Source: the human T2T-CHM13v2.0 reference genome, Homo sapiens. Taken from it: a stretch of DNA of 64,000 nt. The position numbers and the translations under genes are program-made. Below the pieces are notes generated by a model. That model was not told the DNA's origin. It did no database searches and saw only the letters and a list, made by a program, of their open reading frames with translations. Within the stretch, counting starts at the first letter, position 1. The number at the start of each line of letters is the position of its first letter. The stretch lies in the NCBI RefSeq assembly GCF_009914755.1, contig NC_060925.1. One strand, written 5' to 3'. Shown here in pieces: positions 1-14,934 of this stretch.

Positions 1-853
1 CTGAGCTAGACTCAAAGGTTCTCCACCTCCCCACTAGATTAGCTAGATAGAGTGTCAACATAAAGGTTCTCCAAGTCCCCACCAGAGAAGCTAGATACAG
101 AGTGTCGATTGGTGCATTCTCAAACCCTGAGCTAGACACAGGGTGCTGATTGGTGTGTTTACAAACCTTGAGCTAGATACAGAGTGCTGATTGGTGTATT
201 TACAATCCCCTAGCTAGACATAAAGGTTCTCCAAGTCCCCACCAGACTCAGGAGCCCAGGGGGCTTCACCCAGTGGATCCCGCACTGGGGCTGTAGGTGG
301 AGCTGCCTGCCAGTCCTGCGCCCTGCGCCCACACTCCTCAGCCCTTGGGTGGTCGATGGGACTGGGTGCCGTGGAGCAGGGGGCGGCTCTGGTCGGGGAG
401 GCTCCGGGCCCCACAGGAATGGGAGGGAGGGTGGGCGGGAGAGGCTCAGGCATGGCGGGCTGCAGGTCCCGAGCTCTGCCCGGCTGGAAGGCAGCTAAGG
501 CCCGGCGAGAAATTGAGCACAGCAGCTGCTGGCCCCGGTGCTAAGCCCCTCACTGCCCAGGGCCGGCGGGGCCCGCTGGCCGCTCCGAGTGTGGGGCCCG
601 CCGAGCCCACGCCCACCCAGAACTCGCGCTGGCCCCCGAGCACCGCGCGCAGCCCCGGTTCCCGCCTGCGCCTCTCCCTCCACACCTCCCGGCAAGCTGA
701 GGGAGCCGGCTCAGGCCAGCCCAGGAAGAGGCTCCCACAGTGCAGCGGCGGGCTGAAGGGCTCCTCAAGTGCCGCCAAAGTGGGAGCCCAGGCAGAGCAG
801 GCGCCAAGAGCGAGGGAGGGCTGTGAGGACTGCCAGCACGCTGTCACCTCTCA
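1..853 (-). mobile_element. LTR12 (LTR12C-like) ERV9 LTR, U3 portion; continues beyond window start
   Basis: Reverse complement starts TGAGAGGTGACAGCGTGCTGGCAGTCC; GC/CpG-rich segment followed by tandem GAGCTAGATACAGAGTGCTGATTGGTG enhancer repeats (CCAAT/GATA motifs) at 1-240. Confidence 0.95.
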
Positions 854-887
854 CTAGGATTACAGGCCTGAGCCACCGAGTCCCGCC
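854..887 (-). mobile_element. Alu 5' remnant split off by the LTR12 insertion
   Basis: ctaggattacaggcctgagccaccg directly abuts the LTR terminus. Confidence 0.75.
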
Positions 888-1960
888 AACTTATTCAGGT
901 CTGTTAACCACTTTTTAATCAGATTATTTCTTCTTTTGCTATTGAGTTATTAAAGCTCCTTATATATTCTGGTTATTAGACTATTGTCAGATGGGTAGTT
1001 TGCAAATATATTTTCTCCCATTCTGTAGGTTATCTTTCCACTTTATTGGTTGTTTCCTTTGCTGTACAGAAGCTTTTAAACTTGAGGCAATCCCATTTAT
1101 CTATTTTTGCTTTGGTTGCCTGTGCCTTTGCGGTCTTATCCTAAAAATCTTTGCCCTTGCCGGGTGCAGTGGCTCATGCCTATAATCCCAGCACTTGGGG
1201 AGGCAGAGGCAGGTGGATCGCCTGAAGTCAGGAGTTCAAGACCAGCCTGGCCAACATGGTGAAACCTTGTCTCTACTACAAATACAAAAACTAGCTGGGC
1301 ATGGTGGCAGGCACCTGTAACCCCAGCTACTTGGGAGGCTGAGTCAGGAAGAATTGCATGAAACCTGGAGATGGAGGTTGCAGTGAGCCAAGATTGCACC
1401 ACCGCACTCCAGCCTAGGCAACGGAGTGAGACTCCATCTCAAAAAAAAAAAAAAAAAAAAAAATCTTTGCCCATACCAATGTCCTGGAGTTTTTCCCCAA
1501 AGTTTCCTTCTAGTAGCTTCATAGTTTCAGGTCTTACATTTAGGTCTTTCATTCATTTTGATTTGATTTTGTATATGGTACGAGGCAGGGGTCTAGTTTC
1601 AGTCTTCTGCATATGGTTATCTAGTTTTCTCAGCACCATTTATTGAAGAGACTGTCCTTTCGCAATTGTATATTCTTGGCACTTTTGTCAGAGTTGCCTG
1701 TAAATGCATGGATTTGTATCTGGGTTCTCTATACATTCCATTGGTCCATGTGTCTGTTTTTATGCCACTCCAATGCTGATTTGGTTGCTATAGCTTTGTA
1801 GTAAATTTTGAAGTCAAGGTAATATGGTGCCTGCACCTTTGTTCTTTTTGCTCAGGATTGCTTTGGCTATTCAGGGTCTTTTGTGGTTCCACATAAATTT
1901 TAAGATTTTTTTTTCTATTTCTGTGAAGAATGTCATTGATATTTTGATAGCAATTGCATT
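888..1960 (-). mobile_element. L1 ORF2 3' region fragment (L1M/L1P), interrupted by Alu
   Basis: Antisense L1 motifs ttttctcccattctgtaggtt, cagcaccatttattgaagagactgtcc, ttctttttgctcaggattgctttggctattc. Confidence 0.9.
1158..1463 (+). mobile_element. AluS
   Basis: Dimeric Alu, poly(A), TSD aaaaatctttgccc. Confidence 0.95.
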
Positions 1961-2261
1961 TGTTTGTTTGTTTGTTTCAAGACAAGGTCTCACTCTGTCA
2001 CCCAGGCTGGAGTGCCATGGTGCAATCTCAGCTCACTGCAACCTCAGCTTCCTCAGCTCAAGCGATCCTCCCACCTCCAGCCTCCTGAGTAGCTGGGACT
2101 ACAGGCACATGCCACCACGCCTGGCTAATTTTTGTATTTTCTGTAGACACAGGGTTTCACCATGTTGCCCAGTTTGGTCTCGAACTCCTGAGCTCAATTA
2201 ATGCGCCCACCTCAGCCTCCCAAAGTGCTGGGATTACAGGCTTGAGCCACCGTGCTCGGCC
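1961..2261 (-). mobile_element. AluJ-like
   Basis: Antisense dimeric Alu with ctcaagcgatcctcccacc. Confidence 0.92.
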
Positions 2262-2336
2262 TGTTATTGTCTTTATTTGGAAATTAAATATATTTAAGGA
2301 GATTTGTATGGGTTCCAAGTTGACAAGGGGTAAACT

Positions 2337-2912
2337 TTTGGATTTGATTTTAGGTGTCCACTTGTCTAGATTAAAGAATACTTAGAAACCTGGTAATGTA
2401 TTATTTTGGGTGTGTCTGGAAGGGTGTTTGCAGAGGAGACTGTAGTGTGAGTTGGAGTGGATTAGGTGGGAAAGATCTGCCTTCAGTGTTGGTGGGCACC
2501 ACCCAATCCACTGACGGCCTGTAGAGAACAAACACAGAAGGTGAATTGGTCTCTCTCTTAGAACTGGGACAAGCTTTTTTTTTTTTTTTCTTTTTTCTTT
2601 TTCTTTTTCCTGCTGCCTTGAACATCAGAACTCCAGGCTCACCAGCCTTTGGGCTCCAGATTTACATCATCAGGCCGCTGAGCCCTGAGGCCTTTGGCCT
2701 CAGACTGAGAGTTACACCCTCGGCTTCTCTGGTTCTGAGGCCTTCAGACTTGGTCTGAGCCATGCTAATGGCATCCCAGGGTCTCCAGCTTACAGATGTC
2801 GTGGGACTTCTCAGCCTCCATAACTGCGTGAGTCAATTCCCCTAATATTTTCTCCTATATGTATATACATATCCTATTGGTTCTGTCTCTCTGGAAAACC
2901 CTGACTAATACA
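2337..2912 (+). mobile_element. MLT2B-type ERVL LTR, preceded by ERVL internal 3' end/PPT (2262-2336)
   Basis: ccaagttgacaaggggtaaact then ttttaggtgtccacttg...ggtgggcaccacccaatcc...cctattggttctgtctctctggaaaaccctgactaataca. Confidence 0.88.
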
Positions 2913-3158
2913 GACTCAGTATTGGGGAAGCTGAGTATGATTCCCCCTTACTGACTTTCTCACAACATAATGAAAAGATCTGTGAAATTGTTTCCTCACA
3001 AAAAGGCTGTGATAATTGTATGAGTTTGCTTAATGATGAAATATAAAAGTCTAAAAGCTAATTATTATTGATGCTGTGAAAGCAGAAAATCGCTTCATTG
3101 CAATGGCTGAGCAATAACCAGAGTTTCAAATGGACAGCATATACTTTAGAAATTTGTA

Positions 3159-3458
3159 GGCTGGGTGCGGTGGCTCACGCCTGTAATCCCAGCACTTTGG
3201 GAGGCTGAGGCAGGCGGATCATTTGAGGTCAGGAGTTCGAGACCAGCCTGACCAATATGGTAAAACCCTGTTTCTACCAAAAATACAAAAAAATTAGCCA
3301 GGCATGGTGGTGCATGCCTGTAGTCCCAGCTACTCAGAAGGCTGAGGCAGGAGAATCACTTGAACTCAGGAGGCGGCGGTTGCAGTGAGCCCGAGGTGGT
3401 GCCACTGCACTCCAGCCTGGGTAACAGAGCAAGACTACATCTCAAAAAAAAAAAAAAA
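3159..3458 (+). mobile_element. AluS in Ricksha transposase
   Basis: Full Alu, TSD aaattt(g/a)ta. Confidence 0.95.
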
Positions 3459-4339
3459 TTTATACCACAACAGCTCTTTAAATACAAGTGCAGTGAGTAT
3501 TTTGAAGATTACAGAAGAAGTGAAAACACAGGCAAAAAATCCACAAGTCTCCCCTGCCAAATTATTCAATCATGTACAACTTTTGCCCCTTCATACATAA
3601 CAACATTCTTACCTTTAAAGAATGTCCTTTGTCAGAGAATAAAAATAATTCAACAAGCTCAGCAACCTTCTGAATCAAAGTTATTTGCTGATATTGAATA
3701 GCGAACTATCCTGAATTCGGGATTTGACTGTTGCAGAAGATAGACTTCTTTTATTTTCCAGTAAATCTAACAGAAAAATCAGCACATGCTTATCTTTGGC
3801 TAATGGATGGCACTTTCAGAACTGTCCCCACTGTTTTTTCTTTTTTAATGAATTATATGCAATTTATGCCCCTGTTAAATCCAAAAGTTCTAGAATTTGT
3901 TTGCTTGTTTATGTATTAATGACTGAAAAAAGTGAGGCACTTTATAAAACAGTACTTGTAGATTTGGTGGACTTGGTAGAAGAAAATGGATTTCAACTGA
4001 ATCCTCAAACCATAATGACAGGTTTGGAATTAAGACTAATCAATCCTTCTAAAAGTGAATTTCAAGGTATTACTAATAAAATTTTTTTTTCCATTCAGCC
4101 CAATGCATTTGGTGGGAAATTCAATGAGTGGATTAGCCAGGCAATAAGAGAACAATGAAAACCTCAGTTTAAAAAATGTGTCATTTGCCTGCATTGACAT
4201 TCCTTCCAGATGATGACATTCCAGGAGCTTTTGATAAATTAAAGCTACATGTGCCTGAAGAAGCCAGTGAAGTTACTGACTAGTTAAAAAATAATTACGT
4301 ATGTGGTAGGATGAGAAGACACTCAACGGTATTGCTGAG

Positions 4340-4642
4340 GTTTTTTTGTTTTTTGTTTTGAGACAGAGTCTTGCTCTGTTGCTCAGGCTGGAGCACAGTG
4401 GCGCGATCTCAGCTCACTGTAGTCTTTGGCTCCTGGGTTCAAGCAATTCTTGTTTTGCAGCCTCTCGAATAGCTGGGATTACAGGTGCGCGCCACCATTC
4501 CTGGCTAATTTTTGTATTTTTTAGTAGAGATGGGGTTTTACCATATTGGCCAGGCTGGTCTTGAGCTCCTGACCTCAAGTGATCCACCCGCCTCGGCCTC
4601 CCAAAGTGCTGGGATTATAGGTGTGAGCCATCTCGCTGGCCT
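4340..4642 (-). mobile_element. AluS in Ricksha transposase
   Basis: Full antisense Alu, TSD tattgctg. Confidence 0.95.
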
Positions 4643-5181
4643 GATATTGCTGTTTGATCACCAGTATTGTTTTCACCAAATCTGTGGTCTGTATATGAGT
4701 GCAAGTGAAATGGATTTCCACATGGCCAAAACAACACAGAAGCATGGCATGGGAAAAAATAATAGGGAATGCTGATGTCTATGTATAGAGAATCATAGAA
4801 AAATTTCAAAAAGAGCAGTGTCACATAGAAAATGAATGTAAACGTATTTTTCAAGGAGACCTATGCCCTAAAAGAAAAAAAAGCAGGTATTCATTGAGAT
4901 GTAAGACTTCAAAACATAGTCAATGATTGCTAAAGTTGTTCAGCTCTTATGGACTACCTCTGTGCAATTACCCATAGTCTATCTCTGTAATGCACTTTTT
5001 TGTATGTCAGGTTTTCTTTTTGGCTTTTGGTTTGGTTTAGTTTAGTTTAGTTTTTTTTTTTCCTGCTATTTTAAATTGCTGGCATTATTTTTTAGAAGTC
5101 TCTATGGTATGTATCTCATCTTTGTATCATTTCCAATACTGGCGGCATAAATTGTACAAAGACTTTCAGAGTTCTAATTCA

Positions 5182-5301
<120 letters not shown>

Positions 5302-5571
5302 TTTTTCATGCATTTTTTTGCAAATTTGTCTCCACAAAGGTACATTTGTGTATAAGCACGTACATGTACATAAAAACATTGAAATGTCCTCAAAAAATGA
5401 AGAGATGTTCATTTTGTGCATTTTCATTAGTGAAAGATAAAATTTCTCGAGAGTTCAGCTCTTTGGATGACTGCATTTGCAGTGGTGAACCATCATGGTT
5501 TTTGATCAACCTCATCAGAAGACTTGGGTTGCCCGTCACGAGATGTCAGATTATTGAAGTTATATAAGCTC

Positions 5572-5819
5572 GCTTTCTTTCTTCCTCTTTTTCTTTCTCT
5601 TTCTTTCTTTTTCTTTCCTTCCTTCCTTCCTTCTTTCTTCTTTTTAGACAGATTCTTGCTCTATCATGAGATACCAGATTATTGAAGTTATATAAGCTCT
5701 CTTTATTCTTTTTTCCTTCCTTCCTTCCTTCCTTCCTTCCTTCCTTCCTTCCTTCCTTCCCTCCCTCCCTCCCTCCCTCCCTCCCTCCCTCCCTCCCTCC
5801 CTCTCTCTCTCTGTCTTTC

Positions 5820-5830
<11 letters not shown>
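5572..5830. repeat. Polypyrimidine microsatellites (TTCC)n/(TCCC)n derived from an Alu tail
   Basis: Directly visible. Confidence 0.95.
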
Positions 5831-6139
<309 letters not shown>

Positions 6140-6281
6140 TAGTTCTTAATGAATATGGTTCATCTGCTCCTAAATGTTACACCCAGGTGACTGTTTTTAG
6201 AATATCTGAGTGTTTATGCTTGCAAAAATATGTATCTTAATGTCTCATCTATTGTGTAAAGTGGTCTATAAAGTGTTCTGC

Positions 6282-6570
6282 TTGTTGTTGTTGTTGTTTG
6301 AGTCAGGGCCTCCCTCTGTGACCCACGTTGGAGTGCAGTGGCGTGGTCATACCTCACTACAACTCCACCTCCCAGGGTCAGGCCTCCCACTTCAGCCTCC
6401 CAGGTAGCTGAGACTATAGGTGCTACCACACCTGGCTAATTTTTCATATTTTTAGTGGAGATGGGGTTTTGCTATGTTGCCCAGGCTGGTCTAGAACTTC
6501 TGGGCTCAAGTGATCCACTTGCCTCAGCTGTGAATGCTGGGATGACTTGGGTGAGCCACCACGCCTGGCC
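6282..6570 (-). mobile_element. AluJ
   Basis: Diverged antisense Alu. Confidence 0.9.
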
Positions 6571-7339
6571 TACTTCTGTTGTTTTTATGTTTCTCTAATA
6601 AGTCCCTGTTTAAATATGTAAATAAATATCTTTAAAATTTTTACAATTATGTTTCCAGAATTATTCCAGAATTATATTTTCATAATTTTGCTCTTTTGAG
6701 ATTTCAACATTCAGGATTATGGTGTTCAGGATTGTGTCTTTCAGGGTTATGATTGGCTCCTACCTCAGTGACCTCTTTGGGTGCTGTTCTGTTTTGGTCT
6801 TTGCCAGAGGCATTTGCAAATGTTTCCCTAACACTGTGCTAGCTATACCTATAGTCATGTAGCCATCCTTCCCTGGCTCATGTTGGACTTCTCCCTGTAA
6901 AAACCTCAAGACACAATTTATCTTTTTGTCACATTTCCCCTACCTCCCACCCACAACTCTGCTCCACAAAATACTGAGAAGAAGAGCCAGTTTTTACTAA
7001 AGATTTTATGGAAAGAAAAAGGCGAAGAATTTACAAGGCACACCACACACAAATGACTTAAAGTTCCCAGTTGAACATTTTTTGTCCTCTCCCCAGAATG
7101 CTACCAGCCAGTCTCTCGCTCTCGCCTAATCCTTCATACACCCTCTCTTAGAGTAATTTAGCACTTTTTGACTTCTCTATCATTGCCAACCTTCCCATGA
7201 CTTTTGAAGGCTGGTCTCTCTAAATGGGTTTAATCAAAGCAGGTCTGTACCCAGGGAAGGATTCTCCTGCTTCTTCTCCCCTCATCGTCTTATTCATATT
7301 GTTACATTCCTGATTCTCTCCTTTCAGGCCAAATCCCTT

Positions 7340-7680
7340 ATGAACTTTTTCATATCTAGTTGTCACCCGTCTTCTCTGCCTGAATGTCACATAGCTACTT
7401 TGTTTGATGATGTCTCAAATCCAACTTGCATTCTTTCCTGTCTTTCCAATTCTATTTCTCTTATTTCAGAAAAGGGTACCGCAATCCACCCAAGTATTCC
7501 AAGGCAGAAACCTGGGAACCATCCTTGACTCTTCCCTCCTTCCTCACACCCATGTTATCACTCCTTCCATCCATCTAGCAATCAATCACCAGGTCCTATT
7601 GAATCTGATATTTCAAAAAAAATTTTTAATCTACTCCTTTCCATCCCCACTTGCCATAATGAATGAATCTCTTCTGCTCA
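7340..7680 (+). mobile_element. L2 fragment
   Basis: aggcagaaacctgggaaccatccttgactcttccctc...aatcaccaggtcctattga. Confidence 0.65.
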
Positions 7681-7693
7681 GAAATTTATAACA

Positions 7694-7990
7694 GACTGGG
7701 TACAGTGGCTTATGCCTGCAACACCAGCGTTTTAGGAGGCTGAAGTAAGAGGATAGCTTGAGCCCCAGAGCTGGAGGCCAGCCTGGGCAACATAGTGAGA
7801 CTCTGTCTCTATAAAAAATAGAAAAAAAGTAGCCAGGCATGATGGTGTGCCCCTGTAGTCCCAGCTACTGTGGTGGCTGAGGTGGGAAGATGGCTTGAGC
7901 TCAGGAGGTTGAGGGTGAAGTAAGCCATGACTGTGCTAGTCTTGGCAACAGAGCAAGACCTTGTCTCATTAAAAAAAAAAATAATAATAA
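7694..7990 (+). mobile_element. AluJ
   Basis: Dimeric Alu with poly(A). Confidence 0.92.
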
Positions 7991-8160
7991 ATTACAACAA
8001 TGCTCCATTGTTTGACACATAAAATAAAAACCTCTTTGCCTTTTAAAATGGATGCTAACATGAAAACACTTCATTATGATCACAGGGTTGTCTGTTTTCC
8101 TCCCAAGAAAGCTATTTGCAACTGATTAAATTGTAGAGGTCCCTTTCACTATCTCCCCTT

Positions 8161-8542
<382 letters not shown>

Positions 8543-8669
8543 CTAAGAAAGAGTACATGAGAGGTAAATTTTTTGAGACCTTGTATGTCTGAAAATTTCC
8601 TTAATTTACTCTCACAGCTAATTGGTAGTTTGATCAGATATATAATTCTAGGTTAGAAATAACTTTTCT

Positions 8670-10312
8670 AAAAGAAAACATTGGGCAAACACTCTAGGAC
8701 CTTGGACTGGGCAAAGATTTCTTGAGTAATACCCCCAAAGCACAGGCAACCAAAGCAAATTTGGACAAATGGGATCACATTAAGTTAAAAAGCTTCTGCG
8801 CAGCAAAGGAAATAACCAACAAAGTAAAGAGACAACCCACAGAATGGGAGAAAACTACCCATCTGACAAGGTATTAATAACGAGAATATATAAGGAGCTC
8901 AAACAACTCTATAGGAAAAATTTAATAATCTGATAAAAATGAGCAAAAGATTTGAATAGACATTTCTCAAAAGAAGACATACAAATGGGCTGGGTGTGGT
9001 GGCTCACGCCTGTTATCTCAGCACTTTGGAAAAAGGTTAAGGTGGGCAGATCACCTGAGGTCAGGAGTTTCAGACCAGCCTGGCCAACGTGGCGAAACCC
9101 TGTCTCTACTAAAAATACAAAAATTAGTGGGCGTGGTGGCACCCACCTGTAATCCTAGCTACTCAGGAAGCTGAGGCACAAGAATTGCTTGAACCTGGGA
9201 GGTGGAGGCTGCAGTGAGCCATCATCATGCCACTGCACTCCAGGCTGGGTGACAGAGTGAGATTCTGTCTCAAAACAAAACAAAAAAACGAGTGAGAAAA
9301 CCAGACATTATATGCTGTCAGATGTTAGGCAGTATCAGGTGTACAACACCATTATTTAAAGAAGAAGAAGAAGAAGAAGAAGGCATACAAATGACAAAGA
9401 GGTGTTTGAAAAGGTGTTCAACATCATTGATCATCGGAGAAATGCAAATCAAAATTCCGGTGAGATATCATCTCAGCCCAGTTAAAATGACTTATATATA
9501 AAAGATGGGAAATAACAAATGCTGGCAAGGATGTGGAAAAAAGGGAACCCTGGTACACTGTTGCTGGGAATGTAGATTAGTACAGTTGCTATGGAGAATA
9601 GTTTGGAGGTTCCTCAAAAAACTAAAAATTGAGCTACCATATGATTCAGCAATCCCACCACTAGGTATGTACTCCAAAGAAAGAAAATCAGTATATCAAA
9701 GAGATATCTGCACTCCCATGTTTGTTGCAGCACTATACACAGTAGCCAAGATTTGGAAGCAACCTAAGTGTCCATCAACAGGTGAATGGATAAAGAAAGT
9801 TTGTTACATGTACACAATAGAGTGCTATGCAGCCATAGAAATGAATGAGATCCTGTCATTTGCAACAACATGAATGGAACTGAGGGTCATTATGTTAAGT
9901 GAAATAAGCCAGGCACAGAAAGACAAACTGCATGTTCTTATTTGTGGGAGCTAAAAGTTAAAACAAACTCATGGAGATAGGAGAATGATGGTTATCAGAG
10001 GAAGGGTAGTTGGGGCGAGGAGGGCGGGCGGATGGTTAATGGGACAAAAAATAGATGGAATAAATAAGATCTAGTATTTGATAGCACAACAAGGTGACTA
10101 TAGTTAACAATAATTCATTGTACATTTTAAGGTAACTAAAAGAGTGGAATTGGATCGTTTTATAACACAAAGAAAGGATAAATGCTTGAGGTGATGGATA
10201 CTCCATTTACCCTGATTTGATTATTATGCATCGTATGCCTTTATCAAAATATCTCTGCCCCATAAATATATACACTACTATGTACCCACAAAAAAGTAAA
10301 AATTTTTATTTA
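8670..10312 (+). mobile_element. L1MA-type 3' fragment (ORF2 C-terminus and 3'UTR)
   Basis: ORF 9505-9873 has L1 ORF2 C-terminal HCCWEC...[13 protein letters not shown]; L1MA 3'UTR atagcacaacaaggtgactatagttaacaataat. Confidence 0.92.
8988..9381 (+). mobile_element. AluS with ~70 bp extra 3' sequence and (GAA)n tail inside the TSD
   Basis: TSD aagaag(a/g)catacaaatg at 8971-8987 and 9377-9393. Confidence 0.92.
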
Positions 10313-10386
10313 AGAATATGTAACTTTTCTTCAGAATTTTGAGTGTCATGGTTGTTGTCCAGCTTCTGTTGTTGCTGTTGAGAAGC

Positions 10387-10937
10387 TGTATTAGTTTTCT
10401 ATTGCTGTTAATAAATCACCACAAATTTAGCAGCTTAAAAAAATACCCATGTATTAGTTTACAGTTCCATAGGTCAGAAATCTGAGCAGAGCATGACTGG
10501 ATTCTCTGTTCAGGGTATCCTAAGGCTGAAATTGAGGTGTTAGCTGGATTGAATGCTTGTCTGGAGACTCTGGGGAAAAATTTGCCTCCAGGTTCACTCA
10601 AGGTGTTGGCAGAATTCTGTGCTTTGTGGTTGTAAGACCAAGATCAGCATTTTTCATGAGGGCTATCAGCCAGGGACCACTCTCAGCTCCTACAGGCCTC
10701 TGCATTCTTTGCACTGAGGCCTGCTCATCTTCAGAGCCAGCTATGGAGAATCTCCTTTGCCAGGAAGAGTCCTCTCAGCCCCTCATAAGGCTAATTAGGT
10801 CATGCCTTTCTCAAAGTCAACTGTGCCATGATAACAACCTAATTATGGTCATGAAATCCATGACATTTCTGGTACCAGAGACATGTCCACAGGGGGTGGG
10901 GACTCTTGCGGGCCATCTTAGAATTCTGCCTACCACA
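10387..10937 (-). mobile_element. MLT1 (G/H-like) MaLR solo LTR
   Basis: tgtattagttttctattgctg...ggccatcttagaattctgcctaccaca; 5-bp TSD gaag(c/t). Confidence 0.85.
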
Positions 10938-11325
10938 GAAGTCTAAAATTATTCTAATTTATGATTTATATGTCCTATTTTTACCTCTGGATGCTTATAA
11001 AATTTCCCATTGTCCTCGGGTTTCTGAAATTTCATGATATGCCTTTGTATGAACTTATTTTTAACTATTGTGCTGTACACTATATAAACCACTTCAGTAT
11101 GGAGACTCACATTCTTCAATTTAATTTGAATATTTTCATTAACTATTTTCTCCCTTTCATTTTTCTGTTCTTGTTTCTGGAACGTAATTATTTGCATGTT
11201 GGTCTGTCTGGATTAATCCTCTAATCTCCACTGGCTATTTCATCCTTCATTTCTAACTTTACTTATTTTTTCTCAACATTATCTTCCAGATACTGAATTT
11301 TTCATGTAGGTTCTCAAAGTTTTAG

Positions 11326-11749
<424 letters not shown>

Positions 11750-13049
11750 ATCTCTGAGGATATTTAATGAGGATTTTCTTTAGGGAGTATTCTTCTCCCC
11801 ACAGTCTTCGTTTCCTCCAAGCTACTTTTATATATTTGTTAGAGGCTTTCCTTAGATAACTGCGATCTTTGCTCATCTGTTTCAAACCACTAAAAGGCTG
11901 ATAGGAAGCTCTGCGCCCATGAGTATGGTTTGTTAACTGTGAAATTTACTGTAGAGTAAGCTGCTTTGGCCACTATGCTAAGGAATTCCCAATGCTGTTA
12001 TCTTCAACTCTTGAACAACTCAGATAGTCCTGAATAGACATCCTAAAGCCTTTCACATCTCCTGCCTAGAGGTTGTTGGCCTATTTCTCAGCTTCTTAGA
12101 GCTGAGTAGAAGATAAAAACTTAGGGTGTATATTTCTGGCAGTGTGCCTGGAATTCAAAATCCTCTGTGAGGCATCAACATTAATACATCCTGTGGTTTT
12201 CTGCCTCCACACCTGCTAGAGTACTTAGAATGCACTCTTTGCTTCTCTTTTTTGTCTGTTGAATTTCTACCATTCTTCATAGCTAAGTTCTATTGACCTG
12301 CCTAGAAGTCATCCTTCCCACCTTTGTAATTGCTTAAAATATGTTTTATATCACCATAACACTTTATTATACCTGCCTTGTTTACTTATTCTGCAATTCC
12401 CGAGCATCCTGATGCTTTTCTTCAACAAAGAGACTCTCAAAAACCTGGAAAAGCCATTTTCTCAATATTAACAATGTAGGCAAGTGGCTGGATTATCGGA
12501 ATATATTTTTTCTCTTTCTAGCTCCATATTAATTCTGGTGGACATGTTACTTTTTTTCTCATGATATCAGTTTCATTTTGTAAAAATGGCAAATAAAATG
12601 TCCTAAATGTCAGTCATCAAATATTTTTTTCAAAAACATCTTGGAAGGTGCAACTTCTAGAAGCTAGATTATCTCCTGCTTTCTGATTCACTATAGAGAT
12701 TGTGGTAGCTAATTTTAAACCTCCTCCCATGTACTTTTCTTGTAATTCTCACTTAATTTCTCTTCATCCTTTAAACCTCAGCACAAATTATACCCTCTTT
12801 ACTAAATAATCCATGTTAAGTACAAAAAGTTTTGGAAATATAAAACAGACCAAGAAGAAGATTGAAATTTTTAATCCTACTATTCAGGGAAATTGATTTA
12901 TTAATATTTTGGAATCTCTTCCTTTTTTTCTGGGTAAAAGTATATACATAATTTATTTTTAAAAATTATATATGAAATTCTATTAATATATTGCATTTTT
13001 TGACTTAAAACTATATTATGGATATTTTTCCATATAGGAATGTTTCTCA

Positions 13050-13322
13050 GGGAATTGCGGAGTTAAGAGCACGGTTTCTAAAGTTAAACTCTTCTCTGGA
13101 TTAAAATCTCACTTCTCCTACTTATTAGCTATACGATTATGGGTGAGTTACTTAGCCTCTCCATGCAATAGATTCCTTATGTATACAACGGAGATGATAA
13201 TGAAATACCTACTTCAGGATTTTTGTGTTTATTAAATGAGTAATTATATGAGTTACTGGATATAAAACACAACAATACCTCGCACACAGTAAGCACTTAA
13301 TGGACATTAGCCATTACTATTT
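13050..13322 (+). mobile_element. MIR
   Basis: gttaagagcac...gggtgagttacttagcctctc...cacacagtaagcacttaat. Confidence 0.8.
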
Positions 13323-13418
13323 TAAAATATTTTAAGTTATAACATAGCACACCATTATTTGGATATACTATAATTTATGTAATTGATTCCTTATTATTGG
13401 ACACTTAGATTGTTTCCA

Positions 13419-14332
<914 letters not shown>

Positions 14333-14469
14333 TCCAATTTTTAAAACTTATAAGTAACGTTATAATGTGTCAACATGTTTGTGCCTACATCTGTGTATAT
14401 TTATCTGATTGTTTACCTTGTCAAATTCCTAGAAATTATGGGCAATCTTGTAATTAATTTATTATTTCT

Positions 14470-14590
14470 TCCCCCCTCCCTGTAAGTTCCACAGGGCAGA
14501 GAATTTACCTTTCTTGTTTAGTACTTTATTTCCACTACCTAGACATGCACGTGATATACACTAAGGACTTGAGAAATCCTTGTTTCTTGA
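14470..14590 (+). mobile_element. L2 3' end fragment
   Basis: tgtaagttccacagggcagag...cttgtttagtactttatttcc...cctagac. Confidence 0.6.
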
Positions 14591-14934
14591 AAGAAGTACT
14601 ATAGCCATTTAAAGAATCTTAATAGATATTGCCAAATTAATCTTCAGAATTAACACTTTCACCTGAAAGTATGAGTCCCTAATTTGTGACTGCTTTTCCT
14701 GTCTGATGATGTCATTTACATTCTTTGCCTGAAGAATCTTTGATATCAGTATCCATGAGGTGTCATTGTAATTCTGGTATGCTGTTTATCTTACTCCACT
14801 AAATGTATGTTTGTTAAAGATGGTGCCTAGTGTTATATTTTTTCTCAATATTTTGTGCATAGAATGATATTCTGTTACAGTTAGTCCTATCTGTTCATCA
14901 TGCTTATTCTTATTTTTATGACTACTGGACTTGG

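Larger units (their letters stand above)
2969..4990 (+). pseudogene. Decayed FLYWCH-MULE DDE transposase of Ricksha
   Basis: Across frameshifts: ICEIVSSQKGCD...ANYY*CCESRKSLHCNG (FLYWCH-like), WLMDGTF (3797-3817), LVYVLM, MTGLE (D>G, 4015-4029), NNTEAWH (~4730-4750), MDYLCAITHSLSL*; two Alu insertions. Confidence 0.8.

Noticed and set aside
1-240. Regular ~40-bp repeats that superficially resemble a CRISPR array
   Set aside because: LTR12 enhancer tandem repeats in primate DNA; no unique spacers or cas genes
214-857. Overlapping GC-rich ORFs up to 186 aa
   Set aside because: They lie entirely in LTR12 U3; stop-poor because of GC content
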